A stretch of 64,000 nucleotides of DNA from Octopus sinensis (taxonomy: Eukaryota), in the NCBI RefSeq assembly GCF_006345805.1, contig NC_043020.1, forward strand, positions 8,990,001-9,054,000, written 5' to 3'. The notes beneath the pieces were generated by a model. That model did not search any database, was not told the origin of the DNA, and was given only the letters and a program-made list of their open reading frames with translations. Position numbers and translations under genes: made by a program. Each line of letters begins with the position of its first letter. Position 1 is the stretch's first letter. Below, piece by piece: positions 35,609-47,565 of this stretch.

Positions 35609-36695
35609 TAATATATATTGCTGACAGGGGAATTGCTGCTTTCTCTATCCTTGGGTGTCTTCCATTGACAAGGCCAAGGAAGGCTGAAATAATGTGATCT
35701 GGTAGTCCTTGTGGTGATGGATGATTATCTCCTGCTGGCAAAATATTCATGAGTGAAGGCAGCAAGCTGGCAGAAACGTTAGCACGCTGGGCGAAATGCT
35801 TAGTGGTATTTCGTCTGTCTTTACGTTCTGAGTTCAAATTCTGCCAAGGTCGACTTTGCCTTTCATCCTTTCAGGGTTGGTAAATTAAGTACCAGTTGTG
35901 CACTGGGGTTGATCTAACCAACTGGTCTCCTCCCCCGAAATTTGGGCCTTGTGCCTAGAATAGAAAAGAATATATTCATGATTGCTTATATGCACCAAAA
36001 AGTCCATTTGAGAGGTTCTCTCGTGGCAAATAATGCAGTATTTTGTGTTCTAACACAACTTCCATTTTTAAGTGGGAGATAAATATTATCTTTCAGTATT
36101 GATACTGTTTCTGTCACTGTTAATTTTATACACACACACAATTTATTATCCTCATTTCTATAGATATTTATCATCATCATCATTTGTCTGTTTTCCATGC
36201 TGGCATGGGTTGGATGGATGGATGAATGGTTTGACTGAAAATTGGTAAGCTGGGGAGCTGCACCAGGTTCCAGTCTCATTTAGCATGATTTCTATGGCTG
36301 GATGCCCTTCCTAACACCAATCACTCCAGAGTGTAGCAGGTGCTTTTTACGTGTCACCAGCATGGGTGCCAGTTATGTAACACTGGCATCGGCCAGGATT
36401 CTAACCTCACTTGGCTTGACAGGTCTTCTCAAGTATGATACATTGACAAAGGTATTGAGCACCTATTGCCTCTGTGAGGCCCAACATTCGAAGGGTGTTT
36501 TTTAGGTGCCACCATTATGGGTACCAATTACACAACACTAGCATCGGCTGTGACTACGATTTCATTTGGTTTGGTGGGTCTTCTCAAGCACGACATATTG
36601 TCCAATGTCCGAAGAGTGCTTTTTACATAAATTGTTTCTTTTTTTTTTTATTAATATGACAAAACCCCATATCTTGCTCACTTTACATGATTTTA

Positions 36696-36709
36696 GTTTC
36701 CATGGTAAC
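36696..36709. promoter_or_regulatory. RFX X-box consensus match
   Basis: GTTTCCATGGTAAC fits GTTNCCATGGNAAC and lies in non-repetitive sequence. Confidence 0.35.
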
Positions 36710-36834
36710 TAATGGAACCAATCTCCTGAGCCAACCAAAAGACAACTGCATATAAAATGTTGGAGGTAGAGGCGGGAGGCTTATTTTAATTCTTCCATTG
36801 ATTGACTAATTTGTCCTTTTTTTCTTTTCTTTAG

Positions 36835-36942
36835 GGAATGGAAATATAAAGCCCCTTCTGATCAACGCTGTGCTTTCTATAAAGGTTTAACAGGCTTCAA
36901 TCAATTATTATGGCGTTTCACATGACTTATACAATATATGCA
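36835..36942 (+). CDS. candidate 108-nt spliced exon of an unknown gene
   Basis: Branch-like gactaat, a long pyrimidine tract, TAG acceptor and GTGAGT donor. The longest frame reads EWKYKAPSDQRCAFYKGLTGFNQLLWRFT*. Confidence 0.45.
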
Positions 36943-37196
36943 GTGAGTGTTTACATAATGGAAAACTCCAGAATATGGTAAAAAGGAAGAGAATAAAACA
37001 CACAAAAAAAACATGTGAGTAGGAAACTTTTTTTTGAAAATTGTATTTATCTAAAAAAAAATTTCATTTTGTAAATCAGTTTTGTTATCAAAGACAGTAT
37101 TGATTTTAAAAGTTAGCACAAGGCCAGTTATTTTGGGAAGGGACGTGGGGTTTAAAGTGTTTACATTGACCCCGGTGTTCAAATGGTACTTATTTT

Positions 37197-37586
37197 GGAT
37201 GATGGAAGCATTCCGTCGGTTCCGACGATGAGGGTTCCGGTTGATCCGAATCAACGGAACAGCCTGCTCGTGAAATTAACGTGTAAGTGGCTGAGCACTC
37301 CACAGACACGTGCACCCTTAACGTAGTTCTCAGGGGATATTCAGCGTGACACAGAGAGTGACAAGGCTGGCCCCTTGAAATACAGGTACAACAGAAACAG
37401 GAAGTAAGAGTGAGAGAAAGTTGTGGTGAAAGAGTACAGCAGGGATCACCCCCACCCCTGCCGGAGCCTCGTGGAGCTTTTAGGTGTTTTCGCTCAATAA
37501 ACACTCACAACGCCCGGTCTGGGAATCAAAACCGCGATCCTATGACCGCGAGTCCGCTGCCCTAACCACTGGGCCATTGCGCCTCC
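37197..37586 (-). mobile_element. SINE family D, full-length with 12-14 bp TSD
   Basis: Head ggaggcgcaatggcccagtggttaggg. TSD ggtacttatttt at 37185-37196 and 37589-37600, inside an old B copy. Confidence 0.85.
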
Positions 37587-37962
37587 ACGGTACTTATTTT
37601 ATCGACCCTTGAAATGATGAAAGGCAAAAAAACCCCATAAGGCCTTGTTCAAACTCAGAACCTGATGTCAGAAGAAATATCACTTGGCATTTTGGCAGCT
37701 CACCATCTTATCAAAGACAATATTGAAAGATGGTTGCCATCCATTCTCTCTCCCTCTCTTTTTTGCCTTTTTTGACAAAATTAGTGAGAAAAATATTTTT
37801 TAACATCACCATTATTTTCTGTCTCCTCCAGAGCTGTGGAGTCTCGGAGCCATGGAGTCAAAGTTGGAAACAATTAAGGGGTAGCTGGAGTCAGTCGGTA
37901 AAACTATACTGACTCCAACTCACAATGTCTTTATTCTTTAATAAAAACCAGTTCTAACGTAT

Positions 37963-38360
37963 AGGCGCAGGAGTGGCTGTGTGGTAAGTAGCTTGCTAAC
38001 CAGCCACATGGTTCCGGGTTCCGTCCCACTGCGTGGCATCTTGGGCAAGTGTCTTCTGCTATAGCCCCGGGCCGACCAATGCCTTGTGAGTGGATTTGGT
38101 AGACGGAAACTGAAAGAAGCCTGTCGTATATATGTATATATATATATGTATGTGTGTGTATGTGTTTGTCTCCCTAGCATTGCTTGACAACCGATGCTGG
38201 TGTGTTTACGTCCCCGTCACTTAGCGGTTTGGCAAAAGAGACCGATAGAATAAGTACTGGGCTTACAAAGAATAAGTCCCGGGGTCGATTTGCTCGACTA
38301 AAGGCGATGCTCCAGCATGGCCGCAGTCAAATGACTGAAACAAGTAAAAGAGTAAAAGAG
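37963..38360 (+). mobile_element. SINE family A, young copy
   Basis: aggcgcaggagtgg ... gtaaaagagtaaaagag. Confidence 0.9.
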
Positions 38361-39121
38361 GCCTACTCAAAGTACAAGCGTATGCATATGCTTTATGAGA
38401 TATGTAGACCACAATCACTTAATTACATAAAGAAGAGTCAGTCGGAGGTGCCAGTAGTAGAGGAGTCAGTCAGCTTTTTGTTTCGGCTCCACAACCTTGG
38501 TCTCCTCAACATTTTGACATTAATTTCTTTTTTTTTCTGTTCTTGTCACCCGATATCACACAACAGCTGAAAAAGCTGTTAGTCTTGCTGTCTCTCTCTC
38601 TTTGCTATGCATGTTTGTCTTGTACTCTTGGCATAGTTCCGCGATTAGATGCCCATCCTGTTGCTCACTGCAACCTGGGACAGCATGGAATTTATGATTT
38701 TTGGCTGTCTCTTTCTACCTCTGTCATTCTTGTAACAAAAACCTTCATACACCCATCAAAGAACACCTGGTTTTTGCATTTGTCTGTGTGTCAGTAAATG
38801 CAATACCTTCACCATTTCACTTTCTTTCTTTCTTCGCTGGCATCGTTTGGGTGGGTCATCGTGGTCTGACTCTTGCAGTTCCTGTCCTCCTCCAAGACAA
38901 GCTGCAGCATCGTGTTTTGCCGCTTTTATCATTTACTTGTTTCAGTCATTGGGCTCTGGTCATGCTGGAGCACTGCTTTGAAGGGTTTCAGTCGGAATCG
39001 GTCTCACTATGTATTCTTTTTAAACTCTGGGACTTAGTGATTCAGCAAAAGAGACTGATGAACTAAGTTATGGCGATGTAAACCAACCATCGGCAGTTAA
39101 ACAATGGGAGGAGGACACGCA

Positions 39122-39330
39122 TTTACACACACACATGCACTTACACACACACATATGCACTTACACACACACATATGCACTTACACACACACATATGCAC
39201 TTACACACACACATATGCACTTACACACACACATATGCACTTACACACACACATATGCACTTACACACACACATGCACTTACACACACACATATGCACTT
39301 ACACACACACATATGCACTTACACACATGC
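39122..39330. repeat. 20-bp minisatellite acacacacacatatgcactt
   Basis: About 10 units read directly. Confidence 0.9.
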
Positions 39331-39874
39331 CTGCACTTGCACACACACATACTTGCACACATGCACTTATGCACAAGCACTTACATGCAGTTACATGCAC
39401 TTACACATTTACGTGCACATGCACGTAGTGAACACACATGCACTTTCACGTGCACACACACAGTTTGCATCTCCTGAAATTCACTCAGACAAGGCATTAG
39501 TCAGCCTGGGTCTTTTGCAGAAAACTCTTGCTCAATGTGTGCTGCAATGGGACTGAACCTGAAACCACATGGTCCCAAAGTGAGCTTCTTAACCGCACAA
39601 CTGCATCTACTTCTATTTAACAGTTTTGGTTTGGTCTCTCTGGTTGGATAATTCTCCTCTTGAACTATTTCACAGAGAAGAGATGAGAAAGTATTGCCAA
39701 CATAGGCGCAGGTGTAGCTCTGTGGGAAGAAGCTTGCTTTCTGACCCCCATGGTTCTGGGTTCAGTCTCAACGCATGGCACTTGTCACAAGTGTCTTCTA
39801 TAGACTCAGGCCGACCAAAGCTTTGTGAGTGGATTTGGAAGTCAGGAATTGAAAGAAGTCCATTGTGCATATAA

Positions 39875-39942
<68 letters not shown>

Positions 39943-40378
39943 AGTGGGTGTGTGGTAAGTAGCTTGCTTACCAATCACATGGTTCTGGGTTCAGTCTCAC
40001 TGCATGCGCACCTTGGGCAAGTATCTTCTACTATAGCCTCAGGCTGACCAAAGCCTTGTGAGTGGATTTGGTTGACGGCAACTGAAAGAAGCCTGTCGTG
40101 TATGTGTGTATATATATATATATTATATATATATATATATATATATGTATATTGTGGTTTGGTCTCTCTGGTTGGATAATTCTGTTTGTGTCTGTGTTTG
40201 TCCCCCCCCCACCATTGCTTGACAACTGATGGTAGTGCCTTTACGTCCCCGTAACTTAGCAGTTCGGCAAAAGAGAGCGATAGGATAAGTACTTGGCTTA
40301 CAAAGAATAAGTCCTGGGGTCGATTTGTTTGACTAAAGGTGGTGCTCTAGCATGGCTGCAGTCAGCTGACTGAAACAA

Positions 40379-40443
<65 letters not shown>

Positions 40444-40589
40444 TGTATGTTTGTTTGTGTTTTTCTCTGCAGCAATGCTTGCCAGCCAGTTTTAGTGTAT
40501 TTACATCCCTGTAACTTAGCGGCTCAATAAAAGAGAATTATAAGAATTAGCACCAGTCTTAAAGAAAGTCCTGGGGCCAATTCTAAAAT

Positions 40590-40937
40590 TCTTCTAGTTA
40601 AAATCGATCAGCATGAATGGAAATTGTAGCTGTGATACCAGTGCTGGTGGCACATAAGAGAACCATCCAAAAGTGGCTGTTGCCAGTGCCACCCTGACTG
40701 GCTTCTGTGCCGGTGGCATGTAAAATGCACCATCCGATTGTGGCCGTTGCCAGCCTCGCCTGGCCCCCGTGCCGGTGCCACGTAAAAAGCACTCACTACA
40801 CTCATGGAGTGGTTGGCATTAGGAAGGGCATCCATCCGTAGAAACATTGCCAGATCAGACTGGGCCTGGTGCAGCCTTCTGGCTTCCAACCCATGCCAGC
40901 ATGGAAAGCGGACGCTAAACGATGATGATGATGATGG
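40590..40937 (+). mobile_element. family C RTE-tailed element
   Basis: Tandem ggtggcacgtaaaa subunits, then aggaagggcatcc and a (gat)n tail. Similar copies lie at about 15040-15425, 28940-29230, 29680-29915, 36170-36620, 55495-56050, 60890-61160, 61455-61740 and 63430-63742. Confidence 0.85.
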
Positions 40938-41901
40938 TGCTACAGCATGGCTGCAATGTAATGTCTAAAACAAAGGATAAAAGATACAGAAAAATACAGA
41001 AACTGAATCACTGACTAAATTTGAAAGTTGATTTCCACAGAAGCATTTAAGGTTTATTTAAACAAACAAACAAACAAAAATTGGAATTTGAAGAATTTTA
41101 TTAACGCAGGCAGGAAATAGTTGTATAGAGTTTTAATTGCCTCGAAACGATAATTTTTTTTTGTTTCTTTTTTGTTGTTTTTCTAGACATTTCCGTTCCT
41201 CGTACATCGTACAATGATCAGTTCTTTGCTGGGTTTGTGGGTTGTATATGTGTGGGTGTGTGCATGTGAGCATCATCGCAACCGTTTGGTCAAGCATGCG
41301 TGCATGCATGTTTGTGTACATTTGTATACGTGTGTGCATGTTTGTGAGTGTGTGCATGTTTGTGAGCCGTGCTTTGGAATCCATAGCAGCAGGTCAACTG
41401 CCAGCTCTTGTTTAGCTCACCGGCAATGTCTCCAAAAACTGCAAGAGCCTTTCTCATGTAATTATGGAAACGGGCAGGAGATCTCCATCCAGCTGTTTCT
41501 TGGTGGGATGTGGGATGAGTTCTCCAAGTTATGTTTAACAAAAAAAAAAAAAATGTACAGATGCTGTATAAACAATAAATGTTGTTTTTATATATTTACT
41601 AACTGTGCTCATGTGCTTGCAATCTTCCTTGAAAACATGTCTGGCCATAGTGGTGTTTGTGCTTGGAGGACCAGGTGGGGAGGGATATTATTTTGCTTGA
41701 AAACAGTTGAAGGTTGGTCTCGGGACAGTTCTCATTGTAGTTCTGATGTGTCTAAAGCCCAAAGACTTTAAATTCTATGAGACTACTCCTCTAGCTGAAC
41801 TAATGTTGGTCATATTATGGTGCCACATTGACCTGGAAACGACATTAAAATGAGGATAGTATATGAAATTAGGTGGAGGGATAGTACACTTGATCTTGCA
41901 G

Positions 41902-41985
41902 GGCCTCTGTCACCGATGGAGGGAGAAAGCTATCTCCAGACTGGAGATCTGGCCTGGATGAGGTTAATTGTGGGCTTGACTAAAG
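41902..41985 (+). CDS. candidate 84-nt symmetric (phase 1/1) coding exon
   Basis: cttgatcttgcag acceptor and AAG|GTATGC donor. Only one frame is open: PLSPMEGESYLQTGDLAWMRLIVGLTK. Confidence 0.4.
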
Positions 41986-42052
41986 GTATGCAAGGGGCCA
42001 AATGATGGCAATCTAAAATTGAGTGATGGATATGTTTGAGAGTGGTTCCATT

Positions 42053-42540
42053 GAGATGAAATCTCCAGGTGGTTTAAATGCAGAAGTCTCTAATATCCAG
42101 GTGGCTAAACAGTGTCTGGAGAAGGGCACCCAGGAGTCACGACCTGGATGTGGGTCGAGCTGGGCCTGGTTCCAATTAGATGAGATCTCCAGGTGGTTTA
42201 AATGCAGAAGTCTCTAATATCCAGGTGGCTAAACAGTGTCTGGAGAAGGGCACCCAGGAGTCACGACCTGGATGTGGGTCGAGCTGGGCCTGGTTCCAAT
42301 TAGATGAGATCTCCAGGTGGTTTAAATGCAGAAGTCTCTAATATCCAGGTGGCTAAACAGTGTCTGGAGAAGGGCACCCAGGAGTCACGACCTGGATGTG
42401 GGTCCAGCCTGGCCTGGTTCCAATTAGATGAACTCTCCAGGTGGTTTAAATGCAGAAGTCTCTAATATCCAGGTGGTTAAACAGTGTCTGGAGAAGGGCA
42501 CCCAGGAGTCACGACCTGGATGTGGGTCCAGCCTGGCCTG
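42053..42540. repeat. 124-bp tandem repeat x4
   Basis: tctccaggtgg at 42062, 42186, 42310 and 42434. Confidence 0.95.
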
Positions 42541-42642
42541 GCCTGGCCCGGCCCAGCTCCCTTAGAGTGTAAGGAATTAAGGACCGAAAACACTTGCCTT
42601 GGGGTGGGTTTCAACTCTGGCAACCCGTAGATCAGTTCTCGA

Positions 42643-42673
<31 letters not shown>

Positions 42674-43169
42674 ACCACTGTAGAATTTGAACTCGGAACA
42701 CAACTGTAACAAACAGCTACTTTGTGTGTGTGTGTGTGTGTGTGATTTTATTAGGATAAAAACAAATTTGGATTTTGGCATAATTTGAACTGAGAAGCTC
42801 AAAGATATTTGACGTCTGGCACCGTTTCTGTTTGCTCCAACACGTTTTCCCTTCTACACTCTCATATACCGACACCTGCTGCTATAGATTATCCATTCAT
42901 CTCAAACCAATTCTATTATATCTACCTGCTTGCCTGCCTCCTCCTCTCATTATAGTCCCTCCTCCTCCCTTCCATTATCTAGTATTTCCTGTTGGAGTCT
43001 GTTCCAGCCAGTTTTATAAATCTTTATTCATTCAATATTTCTCCACACTCTTCGTCTCTTTCTTACTTCTGCTTCTCTCTCTCTCTCTCTCTCTCTCTTA
43101 CACACAAACACACACATTTGCTTTCTTTCTGTCTGTCTCACTCCCTCAGACTTGTACGTCCCCCCCTTT

Positions 43170-43780
43170 TTCTCACGTGTTTACTCCTTCTCTCACGTGT
43201 TTACATCCTCTCTCTCACGTGTTTACTCCCTCCCTCCCTCTCGCGTGTTTGCTCTCTCACCCTCTCTCGCGTGTTTGCTCTCTCTCCCTCTCTCTCGCGT
43301 GTTTGCTCTCTCACCCTCTCTCGCGTGTTTGCTCTCTCTCCCTCTCTCTCGCATGTTTGCTCTCTCACCCTCTCTCGCGTGTTTGCTCTCTCTCCCTCTC
43401 TCGCGTGTTGCTCTCTCCCTCTCTCGCATGTTTACTCCCTCCCTCGCATGTTTACTCCCTCCCTATCGCGTGTTTACTCCCTCCCTAACTCGCGTGTTCT
43501 CTTCCTCACTCGCGTGTTTGCTCTCTCTCCCTCTCTCGCGTGTTTGCTCTCTCTCCCTGTCTCGCGTGTTTGCTCTCTCTCCCTCTCTCGCGTGTTTGCT
43601 CTCTCTCCCTCTCTCGCGTGTTTGCTCTCTCTCCCTCTCTCGCGTGTTTGCTCTCTCTCCCTCTCTCGCGTGTTTGCTCTCTCTCTCCCTCTCTCTCGCG
43701 TGTTTGCTCTCTCTCCCTCTCTCTCGCGTGTTTGCTCTCTCTCCCTCTCTCTCGCGTGTTTGCTCTCTCCCTCTCTCACC
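43170..43780. repeat. about 28-bp CT-rich minisatellite with CGCGTG/CACGTG cores
   Basis: Recurrent ctctctcgcgtgtttgctctctctcc; source of ORFs 42992-44329. Confidence 0.9.
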
Positions 43781-44144
43781 TCTTTACGCTTTCTCTTGTT
43801 TCTTCTTCACATATCTACTTCGTCTTTATTCACCGTTGACTTTCTCTCTCACTCTCTCTCTACCCTCCTCCTCCTCCTCTCTCAGTATCTCTACCCTCCT
43901 CCTCCTCACTCAGTATCTCTACCCTCCTCCTCCTCTCACTCGCCCCCTTCCTCCCTCTATCTCCATGTTGCGCGCGTCTCTATATATACGTCTGTTAAAA
44001 TCAAAACAGACGCGCGCATGCACACACACACATACACACACACTCACATACACATACATGCACACGTTCTTATATATATATATATATGTATATATATAAT
44101 CACACACTTGCATACGCATATATACCTACTCATTCTCTCCCTCC

Positions 44145-44190
<46 letters not shown>

Positions 44191-44337
44191 CATAGACACA
44201 TACATACACACATTCACGTCAATTTTAATCTGTATTTCGAGCTTAAAAAAAAAAGGAGAAAGATCAATGTCTTATAATTATCATTATCGACTAAATTTAG
44301 AGGTAAGAAAATTATTTATTGCTGAGTAGGTACAATA

Positions 44338-44369
<32 letters not shown>

Positions 44370-44573
44370 ATGTGTGTGTGTGTGTGTTGTTGAGCCGCGA
44401 GGATATCCCGATCCCACCGTGACCATCTCATCGTTTTTAATTCACACTAAACTGTCGAATGTATCCACAAAAAAAAAAGTCCCCATCCAGAAAAGTTGTT
44501 TGCGTGAGGTTTAGTCTTAGTCGCTATTTCTAGCAGATAAAAATGACCGCTTCGAGGCGCCCCTCACTGGCGC

Positions 44574-44604
<31 letters not shown>

Positions 44605-44697
44605 TGGGGGTGCTCAGATCAGTCTGATCATGTAGGGCCTATGATCGATTAAAGGCGTCCTGATTAACAGCATCCCGTCTTTAAGATGTATCTAATA

Positions 44698-45096
44698 TTA
44701 GCAGTATCGCCCGGCGTTGCTCGGATTTGTAAGGGAAATAACTATATAAGCATTTTTAGAGAGTTATAGCCAAAAAATAGCAAAAAACGCATTAAAAATG
44801 GAAAAAAAAATTATGGTAAATTTTTTTTAAATCGTTGACTCATCGTAGACATTTTTAGAGAGTTACTTCCCTTATATAATAGCGAAAAAATGCATTAAAA
44901 TGGAAAAAAATTATGGTAAATTATTTTTAAATCGTAGACTCATCGTAGACGCGCGCTAATGCCCAGAAGGGCTCGATATGAATCACGACTATAAGATACC
45001 CGGTTTTGGTTAGACTGCACCGCAAAATGTGGGAGTAGTTAGGAATCTAAATCGTAGGAGACAGACAGCACACAACTTCACTTTTATATATAAAGA
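44698..45096 (-). mobile_element. non-autonomous Helitron inserted in a dispersed repeat
   Basis: The minus strand starts TC and ends CTAA (CTAG variant) after ccgagcaacgccggg. The insertion is between A and T. An empty site exists at 47466/47467. Confidence 0.9.
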
Positions 45097-45792
45097 TTAC
45101 TTTATCCTGAAGGAGCCATAGTTTATTCCTGTTTTAAGACTGACTGTGTGATTTGAGAGAGAGAGAGATTTGGCTGCTATTTCTTTAAAATCGAGCGTCC
45201 ACGAAGAGGCTCCCTTTTCTATAGTTTGTGTGCGCGCGCGCGCGCGGTGCTTCATCTCGAAAGTCCGAAGTTGTGCCTCGCCCTCTTCTATTAATAGGTT
45301 TATGGTGTGGTCTCCATTGTTTGTTGTCTCTGTATTGCTCAACTGTTTGTTTATATATCGTCCAGCCTGTTGCTAATAGCAGCAGCCTCAGTAGTAATGG
45401 CTTCTTTGACTTCTATTACGTGTGTGTGTGTCACACTTCCTCTCTTGGATCTGTATGTGTGTAATGTGTGTGTGTGTGTGTGCATTGTTTTCCTTTATTT
45501 TACTCTTTTATTGATCCTAAGGAGATGAAAGGCCGAGAAGTCCGGAGTCGATGATGTAAAAAGTATCTGTCTACTACTGAAGCCGATACAATCAATTAAC
45601 CCCCCCTGCTTTTGAATTACTGGTCTTGTCTTAATTAGAAGCATTATTATTATTATTATTTGTTTGGCTTTTGCTTTCTATTTGTACAAGTTGACTCCAA
45701 GTCTCTTCCAGGGACCTCAAGAGACAAGTTAGAAGTTCAAGTCAGTGTCACGACTCGGGTGCCATGTTTATTGGTTTTGCACAGAGTATTGT

Positions 45793-46235
45793 TACTCTTT
45801 TTTTTTTTACTCTTTTACTCTTTTTACTTGTTTCAGTCGTTTGACTGCGGCCATGCTGGAGCACCGCCTTTAGTCGAGCAAATCGACCCCGGGACTTATT
45901 CTTTGTAAGCCCAGTACTTATTCTATCGGTCTCTTTTGCCGAACCGCTAAGTGACGGGGACGTAAACACACACCAGCATCGGTTGGTTGTCAAGCAATGC
46001 TAGGGGGACAAACACAGACACACAAACATATACACACACACTTATATATATATATATATATATACATATATACGACAGGCTTCTTTCAGTTTCCGTCTAC
46101 CAAATCCACTCACAAGGCATTGGTCGGCCGGGGCTATAGCAGAAGACACTTGCCCAAGATGCCACGCAGTGGGACTGAACCCGGAACCATGTGGTTGGTT
46201 AGTAAGCTACTTACCACACAGCCACTCCTGCGCCT
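45793..46235 (-). mobile_element. SINE family A, young copy
   Basis: Consensus match. Confidence 0.9.
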
Positions 46236-46443
46236 ATTGTTCTAGAGAATGTCTGTCAAAACAAAAAAGAAAATTAGAACTTTGTTTTAAAAGTAATTTG
46301 GTGAGAGGATGATATTGTGTCCTTAAGGGGACAGTAAAAGGTGTTTGCTATTTTATACATTTAAAAGTACTTTTAACAATGTTCACAAAATGTTTTTGGA
46401 ATTACATAGACAATATTTTTCTTAAGATATCAGCAATTCCCAT

Positions 46444-46850
46444 ACTCTTTTTCTCTTTTTTACTCTTTTTACTTGTTTCAGTCATTTGACTGCGGCCATG
46501 CTGGAGCACCGCCTTTAGTCGAGCAAATCGACCCCGGGACTTATTCTTTGTAAGCCCAGTACTTATTCTATCGGTCTCTTTTTTGCCGAACCGCTAAGTA
46601 ACGGGGACGTAAACACACCAGCATCGGTTGTCAAGCAATGCTAGGGGGACAAACACAGACACACAAACACACACATATATATATATACATATATACGACA
46701 AGCTTCTTACACTTTCCGTCTACCAAATCCACTCACAAGGCGTTGGTCGGCCCGGGGCTATAGCAGAAGACACTCGCCCAAGATGCCACGCAGTGGGACT
46801 GAACCCGGAACCATGTGGTTGGTAAACAAGCTACTTACCACACAGCCACT
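46444..46850 (-). mobile_element. SINE family A, young copy
   Basis: Consensus match. Confidence 0.9.
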
Positions 46851-47285
46851 GAAAACTATTTAAAAAAATTTCTTCCATTTTTTGCATTTCCTGGCATTTG
46901 AGATATTATTATTGAGATGGCAAGCTGACAGAATTGTTAGCATGCTGGGTGAAATGTTTAGCGGCATTTCATCCCTCTTTACATTCTGAGTTCAAATTCC
47001 GCTGAGGTTGTCTTTACTTTTTATCCTTTCAGGGTTGTTAAATGAAGTGCCAGTGGATCACTGGTGTCGATAAAACACTTGATATCACAAGCACCATACT
47101 AACATTGCTTACATTCATTTTGAAGGAAGTGAGGAATTCTCTGATGTAAGGGGAAAAAGAACTTTAGTCCCTTATTCTGTCCTTCATTTCTGTTCTGTAA
47201 CAGAATTATTAGAGGACTGGGCTTTTGAAATTATCAATGGGGTGTTTTAAAGAATGTAATGTAATGGGTCAGAATACACTGCTCA

Positions 47286-47565
47286 GTTGTTTGGGTGAGG
47301 TTTAGTCTTAGTCGCTATTTCTAGCAGATAAAATGACCGCTTCGAGGCACCCCTCACTGGCGTGTGTGTGTGGGGGGGGGGCTTAGATCATCCTGATCAT
47401 GTAGGGCCTATGATTGATTAAAGACATCCTGATTAACAGCATCCCGTCTTTAAGATGTATCTAATATTACTTTATCCTGAAGGAGCCATAGTTTATTCCT
47501 GTTTTAAGACAGTGACTGTGTGATTGGAGAGAGAGATTTGGCAGCTATTTCTTTAAAATCGAGCG
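47286..47565. mobile_element. dispersed repeat (family G), Helitron-free paralogue of 44495-45197
   Basis: Collinear with both flanks of the Helitron. Related diverged copies at about 21395, 28540 and 49160. Confidence 0.8.

Noticed and set aside
37510-37586. tRNA gene
   Set aside because: The tRNA-like head continues into a 390-bp SINE body bounded by TSDs. The same applies to other A/B-box heads.
38805-38930. Protein-like minus frame KAAKHDAAACLGGGQELQESDHDDPPKRCQRRKK with AAG|GTATTG donor
   Set aside because: The upstream side is a SINE tail with no acceptor, and no homology is recognised.
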